A stretch of 64,000 nt of DNA from Candidatus Poribacteria bacterium (GCA_965197475.1 CBDANF010000002.1:160001-224000), one strand, 5' to 3'; positions 19,800 through 30,235 are shown, numbered from the stretch's first letter. Notes: a model not told the origin generated them from the letters alone. Translations and numbers: made by a program.

Positions 19800-20066
19800 T
19801 TATGTTGGGGCCGAAATCTTAAAGCCGATACGATGAGCAGCTGGGAACCCGATCCGCAAACTGTAAATGACAGCATCAGGACGCTTAGCGAGCAGACGCA
19901 TCGTTGGGGACAAATCATCGGTATCAATTTCGTAGTCTCCCGTTTCAATGTCAACAGACAAGAATTTGCCTTTATGTTCTGGCTCAACTTTGTCCCGAAG
20001 TTGTAGTTGATAAATCTCTTTGCCGCGGGCAGCAACATCTTCGGAAGTATAATCGGTACGTGGCAT
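19800..20066 (-). CDS. Small hypothetical protein
   Basis: RBS AAGGA; RGKEIY..GKFLSVDIETGDYEID resembles small proteins found upstream of clan AA aspartic proteases. Confidence 0.65.
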   Translation of the reverse strand: MPRTDYTSEDVAARGKEIYQLQLRDKVEPEHKGKFLSVDIETGDYEIDTDDLSPTMRLLAKRPDAVIYSLRIGFPAAHRIGFKISAPT

Positions 20067-20168
20067 AACTACTTTCCTTATCGTTGCGTTTTAACCGAAA
20101 TCTTAAAGTCACAATATGGTATAACGATTCTCCCAAATTTCATTAACCTTAAACTCCGCTTGAGGTTA

Positions 20169-22007
20169 TCAGACGATATCCTTCACCTTTTGGACAATAG
20201 CATTTGCACTAATACCGTGAAGTTCCAATAACTCATCCGGTTTGCCTGATCGTGGTATTCCCGTAACAGCAAGTTTGTGGACGTGGATACCTTTAGTCGC
20301 AACAGCATCTAACACAGCACCACCTAAACCACCTTCAGGATAATGATCTTCAACGGTGATTATGGTATTGTTTGTTTCGGCTGCAGCATCGATTAGTGTT
20401 TCCGTGTCAATCGGTTTGATGCAATACAGATCAATGATGCGGATTGCAATACTTTCTGCATTGAGTATTTCGTGCGCCTTCAAGGTTTCGTGAAGTGTAA
20501 CACCTGCGGCAACGATCGTCACCTTATCTTCACTACTTTTCCGAACGACCTTACTTCCACCGATAGGGAAACTTTCATCAGCATCGTAAAGAATCGCTGT
20601 TTTTGGGCGCGAAGTTCGGATATATACAATCCCTTCGTGGGCAGCAGCTTCCGCGACGAGACGTTCAGCCGCAACAGCATCGCTCGGATATAGCACGACT
20701 GCCCCCGGAATTGCCCGGAACATTGAGATGTCTTCTAAACCCATCTGTGAGGGACCGTCTTCACCGATTGAGACACCGCAGTGTGAACCGGCGTATTTTA
20801 TATTTGCCTGTGAAATCGCAGACATCCGAATTTGGTCATAAGCACGAGATAGGAATGCAGCGAATGTGGAAACAAACGGTATCTTTCCTCGCTTTGCCAG
20901 ACCGATGCCTGCCCCTACTAAGTTTTGCTCTGCGATGAACATCTCAAAAAAGCGGTTCGGATGGAGTGTCATAAATTGTTCGGCGTAAGTAGAGTTTTTG
21001 GTATCTCCATCAAGCGCAACAACATTGGGGTTTGCAGTGCCGAGTTTTGCAAGTCCAATGCCGTAACCGCCGCGTGTCGCAACCTCTTCGTCAGATGTAT
21101 ACGCCGGAGGTTCACATTCTGTAGTGGTAGAAATCTGTCTGCCTATCGGATTTGGGGATTCTATCTGTAACGGAATATCTGTTTGCAGCGGACCGAGTTC
21201 GGCTAAAGTTTTGTCAAGTTGTTCCCCTTTGGGAACGGCTTTTCCGTGCCAGTTGTCTTCATCTTCAAGGAATGAAACGCCTTTCCCCTTAAATGTCTTG
21301 GCAACTATCATCGTTGGTTTATCGGTTGAGGTTTTGGCTTTCTCCAGTGCTGGCAAAATTTCATCAAAATCATGCCCATCAATACCTATGGTTTGCCAAC
21401 CGAACGCTTCAAAACGTCTGCAGTAGGTATCAATATCAAAGGCATACATAGTGCGTTGGCTCTGTCCGAGGGCGTTTACATCCACAATCCCGATGAGGTT
21501 GTTCAACTGGTAGTGAGATGCTAAAGCAGCTGCTTCCCAAACACCTCCTTCAGCGGTTTCGCCGTCGCCGAGAAGCACATAGACACGGTAATCGGATTTG
21601 TCCAAGTATTTACCATTGAGTGCCATACCCAGTCCAAGCGATAAACCTTGACCGAGAGAACCTGTCGCGACCTCAGTCCATTCAAAACGTGGAGTCGGGT
21701 GTCCCTCAAAGATACTGTCTATCTGCCTTAGTGTCCGCAGATCGTCAGCTGGAATGATACCCGCTTCAGCATAAGCAGCATAAAGCAGCGGTGCTGCGTG
21801 CCCTTTTGATAAAATAAACCTATCGTTGTTCGGGTTTTGCGCGTCTGCACAGTCATAGCGCATCGCATGAAAAAAGAGGGCAGAGACAATATCTGCTGCT
21901 GAGAGGCACGTTGTCGGATGTCCGGAGCCTGCCTCCGATGTTGAGATAATAGAGTGGATTCGTAAGTTTGTCGCTTTCCGTTTGAGAAGATTTTTCAAAG
22001 TGTCCAC
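20169..22007 (-). CDS. tkt: Transketolase
   Basis: GSGHPT, DRFILSKGHA, TGSLGQG, GDGETAEG, IAEQN, GEDGPSQM. Confidence 0.95.
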   Translation of the reverse strand: MDTLKNLLKRKATNLRIHSIISTSEAGSGHPTTCLSAADIVSALFFHAMRYDCADAQNPNNDRFILSKGHAAPLLYAAYAEAGIIPADDLRTLRQIDSIFEGHPTPRFEWTEVATGSLGQGLSLGLGMALNGKYLDKSDYRVYVLLGDGETAEGGVWEAAALASHYQLNNLIGIVDVNALGQSQRTMYAFDIDTYCRRFEAFGWQTIGIDGHDFDEILPALEKAKTSTDKPTMIVAKTFKGKGVSFLEDEDNWHGKAVPKGEQLDKTLAELGPLQTDIPLQIESPNPIGRQISTTTECEPPAYTSDEEVATRGGYGIGLAKLGTANPNVVALDGDTKNSTYAEQFMTLHPNRFFEMFIAEQNLVGAGIGLAKRGKIPFVSTFAAFLSRAYDQIRMSAISQANIKYAGSHCGVSIGEDGPSQMGLEDISMFRAIPGAVVLYPSDAVAAERLVAEAAAHEGIVYIRTSRPKTAILYDADESFPIGGSKVVRKSSEDKVTIVAAGVTLHETLKAHEILNAESIAIRIIDLYCIKPIDTETLIDAAAETNNTIITVEDHYPEGGLGGAVLDAVATKGIHVHKLAVTGIPRSGKPDELLELHGISANAIVQKVKDIV

Positions 22008-22031
22008 AAATTTCGCGTATCCTTTCTTTTT

Positions 22032-22592
22032 TTAAGAATGTTTCGCTTTCAAAGTTTCCGCGCGCCGTTGCGCCGATATAGTCAGATAATGCGCTTGGCA
22101 GGTTTTTACGAGGGATTCAAAAGTCTTAATCGCTTTTGGAATATCTTGCGTTTTGACGTAAGCCTCTGCCTGCCAATACATTGATTTGGCTACGATTTCG
22201 TTTGCCTCAGACCGTTTGCCTTTCGTTTGCTTTTTTTCATTTTTTATAGCCTCATCAAATTTTTCTATGGCCTGTTCATAATCTTTTTCTTCATAGTAGG
22301 CTCTAACAGCGTCTGCGTAGGCGAAGTTATTTTCTTCCTGTGAGTTAAAAGGTGCTATTTCTATAGGCTGTTCTAAAACCAACGCAGAAGAATCTTCCAA
22401 TTCGTCCTCTTCATCATGCTCGTCATCAGGTTCTTCTGATTCATAAGCCATCCGATCAGCATCTTCCGCGTCGTTTTTATTTTCAAAGCCGAGGGGGTCA
22501 AACTTATCCTCATCAGTGAAATCGTTGTTGTCATCAGAAGGTTCCAATACTTCCTCGTCAGGACCATCTATTTCTTCAAGTTTGAAATCCAT
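22032..22592 (-). CDS. Acidic TPR-containing protein
   Basis: D/E-rich N-terminus and TPR helices; RBS GAGGAG. Confidence 0.75.
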   Translation of the reverse strand: MDFKLEEIDGPDEEVLEPSDDNNDFTDEDKFDPLGFENKNDAEDADRMAYESEEPDDEHDEEDELEDSSALVLEQPIEIAPFNSQEENNFAYADAVRAYYEEKDYEQAIEKFDEAIKNEKKQTKGKRSEANEIVAKSMYWQAEAYVKTQDIPKAIKTFESLVKTCQAHYLTISAQRRAETLKAKHS

Positions 22593-22715
22593 TTTTATCC
22601 TCCTCAGTTGTGATGTTTTCTAACATACATTTCAGTATTTGAACTACCTTCGCGATTGTTTTATATGGAATAAAGGCAACACAACGGATAAGTTGTTAAA
22701 ATAAAACATACCTAT

Positions 22716-22744
22716 ATCATATCAGATTTATGCAGACATGTCAA
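22716..22744 (-). promoter_or_regulatory. Sigma70-type promoter (leftward)
   Basis: TTGACA-17 nt-TATGAT on the minus strand. Confidence 0.65.
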
Positions 22745-22776
22745 GAAAAATCCGAAAAAATACTTCTGAAAAAGAG

Positions 22777-22805
22777 TTGACACCAATAGCTTTTCTGTCT
22801 ATAAT
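22777..22805 (+). promoter_or_regulatory. Sigma70-type promoter (rightward)
   Basis: TTGACA-17 nt-TATAAT. Confidence 0.8.
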
Positions 22806-22842
22806 AGATAAGGATATAAAAAAATAGATAAGGATATAAAAA
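22803..22842. repeat. 20-bp tandem duplication at the putative transcription start
   Basis: AATAGATAAGGATATAAAAA twice, then a partial ATAAGGATA. Confidence 0.75.
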
Positions 22843-22874
22843 CTATAAGGATACTTTTCCTTTCTATCTATTAT

Positions 22875-23028
22875 AACCCAAGTTGCTACTAACAAGTTTT
22901 CGACGTTTCAAGAGGGTTTTTCAGATTCTTCTCCACCCCGTAGGGGTGATATGTCTATAGAAAACGGCATATTTAAGCAACTGCACCCGTAGGGGTGCTA
23001 TGTCTATGGATAGGTAGCAACTTGGGTT
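22875..23028. mobile_element. MITE-like element B
   Basis: TIR AACCCAAGTTGCTAC...GTAGCAACTTGGGTT; 5-bp TSD ATTAT; two internal CCCGTAGGGGTG.TATGTCTAT copies. Confidence 0.8.
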
Positions 23029-23046
23029 ATTATAAGTGAAGTAAAC

Positions 23047-24207
23047 ATGAAACAAATAGGAATTATTTTTTTTATAATTGTTATCTTTAGTGTCCAACCG
23101 CTGTTTGCGCAGTCAACAGAATCGGAGACTGAATCCCCTTCTCCATTGCCTCAAGAAGAAAAATCTGTGGAGGACAACAAACAGAACGCGGAACCCGTTT
23201 CACCGTCAACACCTGAAACGCCTTCAATAACAGAAGAAGGGGGAGTTTTGGAAAGCGAAAAACAGGACACCGAAAACACTTCACCATCTACACCTGAAGA
23301 AATCTCCGTAGATGGTGACAAACAGGATACGATACCCACTATCAAGGAAGTAGAAGACGAAGAACTACTTGATACACCTGATCCGGCACTGCCAAAGTGG
23401 AAAGGAAAACGGCGGTTTTTCAAAATTGTCAACGATTACTTGTTAAAAGCAGATGAAGTCGTGACAACGCTTGTCCTGATCGCCGGAAACGCTACCATAC
23501 AGGGAACAGTAACAGGAAATGTTTTAGTAATCGGTGGAGATGTTGATCTTGCTCCAGGTGCTGAAGTAAAAGGAATGCTCCAAGTTATCGGTGGGCAGAT
23601 ATACGGCAACCTTGAATCTGTAGAGAATTTTAGTGTAAGTAACGGATGGAGAATAGCTCCAGCTGCGGCGCAACTGTTGATGCATCCCCAATCCGTCTGG
23701 GATATCAGGAAACATAGAAATTTCCGGTTGACTACCATGAAGTTTGCGATTTTGCTGTTGACGTATCTGCTAATTGCGGTGGCATTTCCAAAGCCAATAA
23801 ATACAATCAGTTCAATGTTGGCACATAGACCGATCAGTAGCATCTTATTTGGCATCCTCATGTTTGTTGTTATACCTATAGTTTCGTGGGTGCTAATACT
23901 TTCTATTGTAGGGTTTCCATTCCTGTTATTGGGTATTTGCCTTTTGGTGCCGCTGGCGTTATGTGGTAAAGCTGCAATCTTTTATACACTTGGTAGTACA
24001 CTTCTTGCCGGACGATTAAAGCCGCTCGCTGTGATTTTTGGCTTTATCCCCTACTTTATGGCGACTGAAATACCGCATGTTAACTGGGTGACATTTCTTC
24101 TTTTCAACGTCATCGGGATCGGACTCTGTATACTATTAATCTTAAGTGCAATGTCATCACAAAGCCAAGGTAGAAACGTTCATTGGTCCGAACGGGTGCG
24201 CCTATAA
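23047..24207 (+). CDS. Membrane protein with acidic repeats, a bactofilin-like beta-helix and C-terminal TM helices
   Basis: Signal peptide; SPSTPE repeats; GNATIQGTVTGNVLVIGGDV; several hydrophobic helices. Confidence 0.7.
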   Translation: MKQIGIIFFIIVIFSVQPLFAQSTESETESPSPLPQEEKSVEDNKQNAEPVSPSTPETPSITEEGGVLESEKQDTENTSPSTPEEISVDGDKQDTIPTIKEVEDEELLDTPDPALPKWKGKRRFFKIVNDYLLKADEVVTTLVLIAGNATIQGTVTGNVLVIGGDVDLAPGAEVKGMLQVIGGQIYGNLESVENFSVSNGWRIAPAAAQLLMHPQSVWDIRKHRNFRLTTMKFAILLLTYLLIAVAFPKPINTISSMLAHRPISSILFGILMFVVIPIVSWVLILSIVGFPFLLLGICLLVPLALCGKAAIFYTLGSTLLAGRLKPLAVIFGFIPYFMATEIPHVNWVTFLLFNVIGIGLCILLILSAMSSQSQGRNVHWSERVRL

Positions 24208-25208
24208 TGGTTCTTGAATCTCCTATTTTTCTCAGTCTGTTCATCGTATTGCCGCTGTTAGTGATATCCCTTTGGCAGACACAGAAACAAGCAGGCGCGC
24301 CTGCTATTCGCTTCGGTGAACTTGATGGGGTCCGACAAATTCCCAGAACACTTGCTGTCAAACTACTGCCTTTGCTTAAGGTAACAAGGTTCATCGTAAT
24401 AGCACTTCTCATCTTTACCCTTGCCCGACCACAACTTTCCCAAAGTCAAGAACGGCGTTTCGCTGAAGGCATTAATATCTTCTTAGCACTTGATGTCTCT
24501 GAGAGCATGCGGGCAGAAGATTTTAAGGATGCCAACCGACTTCAAACAGCGAAATCAGTTATTCGTGATTTCCTCAAGCATCGGGAAGGTGACCGAATCG
24601 GGTTAGTCGTTTTTTCTGGAGAAAGTTATACACTTTGTCCACTCACATTGGATTATTCTGTGTTGATAGAACTACTTGATGAGGTAGAAGTAGCAATGGG
24701 TGGTCAGTTGCAAGATGGCACGGCTATCGGCGATGCAATTGCGACAACAGCGCATCGGTTACGAACATCAGATGCAAAAACCAAGATTGTTATTTTATTA
24801 ACAGATGGTGAAAACAACGCTGGGACAATTAACCCGGGAACAGCAGCATCGTTAGCGCAATCCTTCGGTATTCGGGTTTACACCATCGGCATGGGTAAGG
24901 AGGGCGGCGCGCTTATTCCTTATGAAGACACCACATTTGGAAAACGGTATCGTGAAGTTTTGACATACCTTGATGAGGATACACTCAAACTGATCGCCAA
25001 CACCACTGGTGCCCGGTATTTCCGCGCTACAGACGTGCAATCGTTGAAACACGTCTATGCTGAGATTGACCAACTTGAAAAGACAAAATTTAAGGTTGTT
25101 AACTATACTGATCGCCAAGAATTGGCAGCATATTTCTTAATACCAGCTGCACTTCTGTTAGGACTTGAAATTATATTGAGCAATACAGTTCTACGGAAAA
25201 TTCCATAG
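24207..25208 (+). CDS. BatA-like VWA domain protein
   Basis: LARPQ, DVSESM (MIDAS), GTAIGDA, LLTDGENN. Confidence 0.9.
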   Translation: MVLESPIFLSLFIVLPLLVISLWQTQKQAGAPAIRFGELDGVRQIPRTLAVKLLPLLKVTRFIVIALLIFTLARPQLSQSQERRFAEGINIFLALDVSESMRAEDFKDANRLQTAKSVIRDFLKHREGDRIGLVVFSGESYTLCPLTLDYSVLIELLDEVEVAMGGQLQDGTAIGDAIATTAHRLRTSDAKTKIVILLTDGENNAGTINPGTAASLAQSFGIRVYTIGMGKEGGALIPYEDTTFGKRYREVLTYLDEDTLKLIANTTGARYFRATDVQSLKHVYAEIDQLEKTKFKVVNYTDRQELAAYFLIPAALLLGLEIILSNTVLRKIP

Positions 25209-25246
25209 AACCCATAATATTTCCAATCATTCTGTAGGAGATTATA

Positions 25247-26008
25247 ATGAAAAATATCATTGCATGTAACTTAGGCAGTTATCGACAGTTTGGTGCGAAT
25301 GCATATTCACACTTAGCAGAAATAGGGTTGACTAATGTTGAAATCGGGGTGCCTTCGTCTGATTCAATTGACACAGTGCAGGAGGGATTGAAAGCACACG
25401 GACTCACTGCCACGAGTTTACTCGGCAGTTGTAATGTCCAATCAGAAACAGTCGTTGAGGACTTTCAGACGACACTAAATATCGCAAACGAGATGGGTGT
25501 GAAGATTATTTTTGTCAGCGTTCACGCGGGCGAAGCAGACCGAAATGCTGTATATGACCGCCTCCGCGCTATCGGTGAAAATGCTGCGCCGTTGGGTGTA
25601 AAAGTGTGTTTAGAAACGCATCCAGATATGGCACACAACGGTGACATTGCGCTTGAGACAATGAAAGCCGTTGACCATCCGAATATCCGCATCAATTTTG
25701 ATACCGGCAACGTCTATTACTATAATCATGATGTAACAGCTGTCAAAGAAGTGCAGAAGATTATTGAGTATGTCGGTGCTGTTCACCTCAAGGATACAAA
25801 CGGCGGATATAGGACATGGAATTTTCCGGCCCTCGGAGAAGGCGTAGTTGATTACAAAACCGTATTCCAGGCATTGAACGATGCTGATTTCTATGGTCCC
25901 TTCACAATGGAATTGGAAGGTATTGAGGGTGAAAACCTTGATGAAGCAGGCGTTAAGGCTCGCGTGGCAGATTCACTGCAGCACCTAAAAGACATTGGAG
26001 TCATCTAA
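25247..26008 (+). CDS. Sugar phosphate isomerase/epimerase (TIM barrel)
   Basis: LETH, NFDTGN, VHLKD, LGEGVVD, MELE. Confidence 0.85.
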   Translation: MKNIIACNLGSYRQFGANAYSHLAEIGLTNVEIGVPSSDSIDTVQEGLKAHGLTATSLLGSCNVQSETVVEDFQTTLNIANEMGVKIIFVSVHAGEADRNAVYDRLRAIGENAAPLGVKVCLETHPDMAHNGDIALETMKAVDHPNIRINFDTGNVYYYNHDVTAVKEVQKIIEYVGAVHLKDTNGGYRTWNFPALGEGVVDYKTVFQALNDADFYGPFTMELEGIEGENLDEAGVKARVADSLQHLKDIGVI

Positions 26009-26370
26009 TGGATACGAATCTCTGTATTATCCGACTCGGTGAGGGAGAACGGGTCGGTGATACGCTCGGAAAAATCCTTGATACCCCGGATATGACGACA
26101 ATCGGAGTTTTTGTTGTTTCCAAAGAACACCCGACTAAACTTCATTATCACGATTTTGATGAATATTGGTATTTCACGGAAGGCATTACAACGGTGACAC
26201 TTCGAACTGCTGATGGGCAATCCGAATCCTATCGCGTAGGTCCGGGAGATTTAGTTGTCACTCCTAAGGGTGTTGAGCATGGACATATCCCAGACGATGT
26301 TGTTAAAGGTGTGCAGTGGGTGAGTGTGATTCATCCGGATGCACGCCGTGGGCATCTACAGCGGAAGTAG
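26008..26370 (+). CDS. Cupin domain protein
   Basis: HYHDFDEYW, GDLVVTPKGVEH. Confidence 0.85.
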   Translation: MDTNLCIIRLGEGERVGDTLGKILDTPDMTTIGVFVVSKEHPTKLHYHDFDEYWYFTEGITTVTLRTADGQSESYRVGPGDLVVTPKGVEHGHIPDDVVKGVQWVSVIHPDARRGHLQRK

Positions 26371-26449
26371 TGCAAATTTCACTGCTACCACAACACCTAT
26401 TTCCGATGATGTAGGAACAACTGCAGAAACTCTTGTAGGAGAAGATTTT

Positions 26450-27202
26450 ATGAAATTTCAGCGAAGGGTTGCTCTGGTAACCGGAGGTAGCCGTGGTATA
26501 GGAAAGGCAACCGCTTATAAACTTGCCAGTGAAGGTGCTACCGTTGCCGTACACTATTCCCGATCAGATGCTAAAGCGGAAGATGTCTGTGCTGAAATCT
26601 ACGGTGAATATCGACAGAAAGCATTCCCTTTTCAAGCCGACATCTCAGATAGAGAAGCAGTAAACAGAATGGTTGCTGCGGTGACCAAAGAACTCGGCAC
26701 AATTGAATTGCTGGTGAACAACGCTGGAGATGTCGGTGATATGGCGTTTGATGAGCTTACGCCTGAACATTGGGATCGGATAATCGCAATTAACCTGACT
26801 GGTCCCTTCAACGTGCTTTGGGCAGTCAAACCAGGGATGATCAAACGACAGTTTGGTCGTATCGTCAATGTGTCGTCAATTGCTGCGTTGGCAGTCCGCC
26901 CGAATCAACTACCTTATGCCGCAGCGAAAGCCGGTGTTATCTCCCTGACAAAATCGTGTTGTGGACCACTTGCACAGCACAACATCCGCATCAATTCAGT
27001 GGCACCGGGGGCAATAGCGACAGATATGCTAAGTGAAGTTTCGCCAGAAATGGTGGAGCAACTCCGCTCTACAACACCGCTCGGTAGGCTTGGTGAACCG
27101 TATGAGATGGCGGACGTGATAGCGTTTCTTTTGAGCGAGGAATCGAGTTATATGACAGGTTCAACTGTGATTGCAAGTGGCGGACGCATCCTCATTCCGT
27201 AA
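26450..27202 (+). CDS. SDR oxidoreductase
   Basis: TGGSRGIG, NNAG, YAAAK, PLGRLG; ATG at 26450 after AGGAG. Confidence 0.9.
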   Translation: MKFQRRVALVTGGSRGIGKATAYKLASEGATVAVHYSRSDAKAEDVCAEIYGEYRQKAFPFQADISDREAVNRMVAAVTKELGTIELLVNNAGDVGDMAFDELTPEHWDRIIAINLTGPFNVLWAVKPGMIKRQFGRIVNVSSIAALAVRPNQLPYAAAKAGVISLTKSCCGPLAQHNIRINSVAPGAIATDMLSEVSPEMVEQLRSTTPLGRLGEPYEMADVIAFLLSEESSYMTGSTVIASGGRILIP

Positions 27203-28457
27203 ATGTAAGTTCTGTCTCTCCGATTTCCAGATCAAATGCAACGAACGTTTGCTTGTTCTCACAGAGAAACGTATCTCTCTGAAAATCGCGCCGAGAATGA
27301 ACATCGCGTATATCCCATCCGTTGACTTGTATACGACGTATCGGGGCATCAATAGCTAACGTAAAGTTTGCAGTTGGGAATTGGGTCGAAAGGTTAATCT
27401 GCTGCTGTTCATTGAGGGTTGTAATTTCAGTGAATTCACGTGCCATCCAGTAGTGGCCAATTTCGGAGGTTTTCATCCAAAGCGTTTTTGTTCTATCAGG
27501 ATCGTAATTATCTAATCGCGATTTGACTGTTTTCAACACATCAAACCCACATTTTTCTCCGTTGAAATAGAACCCTGGCCAATGTCCAGCGAGAACACAC
27601 GGAAGTTCTTGCTCAAGGATGGGTGGTAAACGACCTCCTTGTAAGTCTTCCGTAATGAATCGATCAGCATCTCCCAAGTCGTAGCCTGTCCACCCACCGA
27701 ACCAGTCACCAGCACCTGCAACAATACTGGCAATCGCGCTCCCATTCTGTCTATCAGCATGCCAGATAGGCACATCTGGAAATTCATCGTGTTTTAGCCA
27801 GAGGAAATAAAACGGACAGGAATCGTTATTGACCTCCTGAGACGCTGTTAACACCGCTCTTGCATACGTTTCCTCTTGGCATTTACCGAATGCGCCAGGA
27901 CTCGTTACACCTTCACACGGGATGCCGACATTATTGAGCATTTCCATCGCTGCGATGATATAATCTGTAAGTCTATTATCAATAGGCGGATCCACCCACT
28001 CAACTTGTTCCCACTCTTGGGTCAACGCGAACGTCTCCAGGTCAACAACAGCAGTATGGGTTAACATCTCTGGTGTTAAATCGAAGTTTGGCCAAATAAT
28101 TTCGCGATAAATCCGCAGCCAAGATTGATATTCGTGTATTGGAAAATCGGGGAATCCTTCATCAACGCGTCCCATTCCAGCGGGGTAAGGAATAAGGCTA
28201 AATTTGCCTTTCACGCCGTTTTCCCAACACCATTCTGCCCACTCCCATGCAAAATCTGCGGGAATAGTTGGTGGCATTTTTTTGAGTTGCGTAGCATTAC
28301 CTTCCCATCGTTCAGGGTGGACACCCGGTTGATGTCGTGCCTTCCACGCATGTCGTTGCTGAATCCAGTAGTAAGTTAAATTAATCACCGGGCACGCATC
28401 GTCTACAATAAGGGACAATGGTGTTCTGAGGAGTGGGTTGCAGATGGTAACGTTCAT
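27192..28457 (-). CDS. Hypothetical protein, possibly polysaccharide-deacetylase-like
   Basis: 421-aa ORF; SLIVDD, PEMLTH, GVTSPG. Confidence 0.65.
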   Translation of the reverse strand: MNVTICNPLLRTPLSLIVDDACPVINLTYYWIQQRHAWKARHQPGVHPERWEGNATQLKKMPPTIPADFAWEWAEWCWENGVKGKFSLIPYPAGMGRVDEGFPDFPIHEYQSWLRIYREIIWPNFDLTPEMLTHTAVVDLETFALTQEWEQVEWVDPPIDNRLTDYIIAAMEMLNNVGIPCEGVTSPGAFGKCQEETYARAVLTASQEVNNDSCPFYFLWLKHDEFPDVPIWHADRQNGSAIASIVAGAGDWFGGWTGYDLGDADRFITEDLQGGRLPPILEQELPCVLAGHWPGFYFNGEKCGFDVLKTVKSRLDNYDPDRTKTLWMKTSEIGHYWMAREFTEITTLNEQQQINLSTQFPTANFTLAIDAPIRRIQVNGWDIRDVHSRRDFQRDTFLCENKQTFVAFDLEIGETELTFTE

Positions 28458-28468
28458 ATTTCGTAATC

Positions 28469-29245
28469 CTACGATCCTGTTTTTTCGGTTTCAATCTGTT
28501 CCAGACACCGTTTGATATAAGGAACGTTGTCCACCCATAGTCCTTGGATGCCGTTTTTTACCGCCCAAGAAACGTCTTTGATATTTTGAATAAACCCTGC
28601 TTCAATAACAATTCCGTTTTCACGAAGTTGATCCGCTTGTTGTGAGACAGATCGTGTAAGGGAATTGTAAATTCCAAAATGATTGATTTTGCTCCATCCG
28701 AAAATAATACGGTTTGCATCAATCAGGGTGGCTGCTTTGAGAAAGTTCGCGAATGGATTAATCAGAATCGCGCTTGTTTGCAATTTTGGCTCTAATCTTT
28801 TGGCATCAACAAGCACTTGTTTTTGGATGTAAAAGGTGAGAATGCTGACGAGGTGAACAACCTCAAAATGATGAATCCGTTCTATGATGATAGGGAGGAG
28901 TTCAGGTGTGTCGGTCTTCGGTTCAACAAAGCACGGCATCTGGTTTTCACGTACAAATCTGAGTGCATCATCAAGATGGGCAACGGGTTCATTGGAATTT
29001 AGCGACGTTAATTGTTGCACATCCTTCCATTTTAGTTTACTGAGGGGAGTTGTGCATCCGGTAGCTTTACGTATATCATCACGGTTAAAAGCAACATGAA
29101 TCAGCACAGGTTGCTTATCTTGGGTAAGGCAGACATCACATTCAAATCCATCAGCACCGTCTGTGAATGCTTGCTTAAAAGAGACGAGTGTGTTTTCGGG
29201 TGCGCGCCCCATACCACCCCGATGTGCAAGAAGTTGAATTTTCAT
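28469..29245 (-). CDS. Glycerophosphodiester phosphodiesterase family
   Basis: AHRG..APENT, GADGFECDV.LT.D. Confidence 0.85.
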   Translation of the reverse strand: MKIQLLAHRGGMGRAPENTLVSFKQAFTDGADGFECDVCLTQDKQPVLIHVAFNRDDIRKATGCTTPLSKLKWKDVQQLTSLNSNEPVAHLDDALRFVRENQMPCFVEPKTDTPELLPIIIERIHHFEVVHLVSILTFYIQKQVLVDAKRLEPKLQTSAILINPFANFLKAATLIDANRIIFGWSKINHFGIYNSLTRSVSQQADQLRENGIVIEAGFIQNIKDVSWAVKNGIQGLWVDNVPYIKRCLEQIETEKTGS

Positions 29246-29255
29246 AATGTAGAGT

Positions 29256-29699
29256 TTAACCGTCTAAACGGTCAATTTCTGGTGGGTATTTTCGCATAGA
29301 TCGCAATGCCATTCTCATATTTACTTGTTCAAGACGGTTCATATTTAACGCCTCAACTGTCGCTCTGCCGGAGCGCGTGCGCCCAATTATATGCAGAAAG
29401 TTTTCACTCCACATAAAATGGCGGTGCCAATGTTTTAAGCGAGGGTTGAAGAGCGGGACTCGCTGGTCTGTTTGTGGATCAAGGGCATGCGTTTTAGTAT
29501 GTTTAGCGGAATTACACCATGGGCAAGCCAATGCTAAGTTATCTAATGAGGTTCTACCTCCAATTTTCCGAGGATAGATGTGCTCACAGTGAAAAGAGGC
29601 ACTAGCACAATTGGCAGGTACTTGACAGTATTCACAGAGTCCTTTAGCACGCTCCTGTACACGAAGACGTAGTGAGCGAGAAACCCGTTCAGAGTACAT
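29256..29699 (-). CDS. HNH endonuclease
   Basis: CEYC, EHIYP..GG, NLALACPWCN..K, LFNPR. Confidence 0.9.
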   Translation of the reverse strand: MYSERVSRSLRLRVQERAKGLCEYCQVPANCASASFHCEHIYPRKIGGRTSLDNLALACPWCNSAKHTKTHALDPQTDQRVPLFNPRLKHWHRHFMWSENFLHIIGRTRSGRATVEALNMNRLEQVNMRMALRSMRKYPPEIDRLDG

Positions 29700-30114
29700 C
29701 GTTCCCTGCTTTTAATCCAAATTTTTCGATAATTTCCTCTGCTGGTTTTTCCCAACGATGCATTAAAATCGCGATACCTTCAAGGCGCTTAGTGTTCAAA
29801 ACCGTTAGCCTTCGTACGAGTTCTTGATACTCCGGCAATTCATCATCAGTCAAGGTTTCATTATCAGACTTACGTCGCAACTGCCAATACCGGCGATTTT
29901 CTTTTTCAGGCAGCTCCGAATTTTTCTTGATAAATGCCAACACATCTTCATCCGAAGCATTAGGATTAACTTTTTCACTGACCGAATTTTCTTGCTGTTG
30001 CTGCCATTCGGCAAATTTCTGGGTAAATTCATCTAACTCAAATGGCGATAACTTTTTAACGCCACGCAGTAAATGTTCAACCTTTAGTTCTGTCGGGTTC
30101 TCTACACTTGCCAT
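29689..30114 (-). CDS. Hypothetical helical protein, possible partner of the HNH nuclease
   Basis: RBS GGAGGAG; overlaps the HNH start. Confidence 0.7.
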   Translation of the reverse strand: MASVENPTELKVEHLLRGVKKLSPFELDEFTQKFAEWQQQQENSVSEKVNPNASDEDVLAFIKKNSELPEKENRRYWQLRRKSDNETLTDDELPEYQELVRRLTVLNTKRLEGIAILMHRWEKPAEEIIEKFGLKAGNDVL

Positions 30115-30235
30115 CGCAACTCCTCCTGAGCATCCGTACGCATTACTTGCACTACCTACACTTGTCTATAATTTACGTATTCAATTAGTTTAACACAGAT
30201 TTTGGCGTTTTGCAAAGTGCTATGTGCGTCATAAT

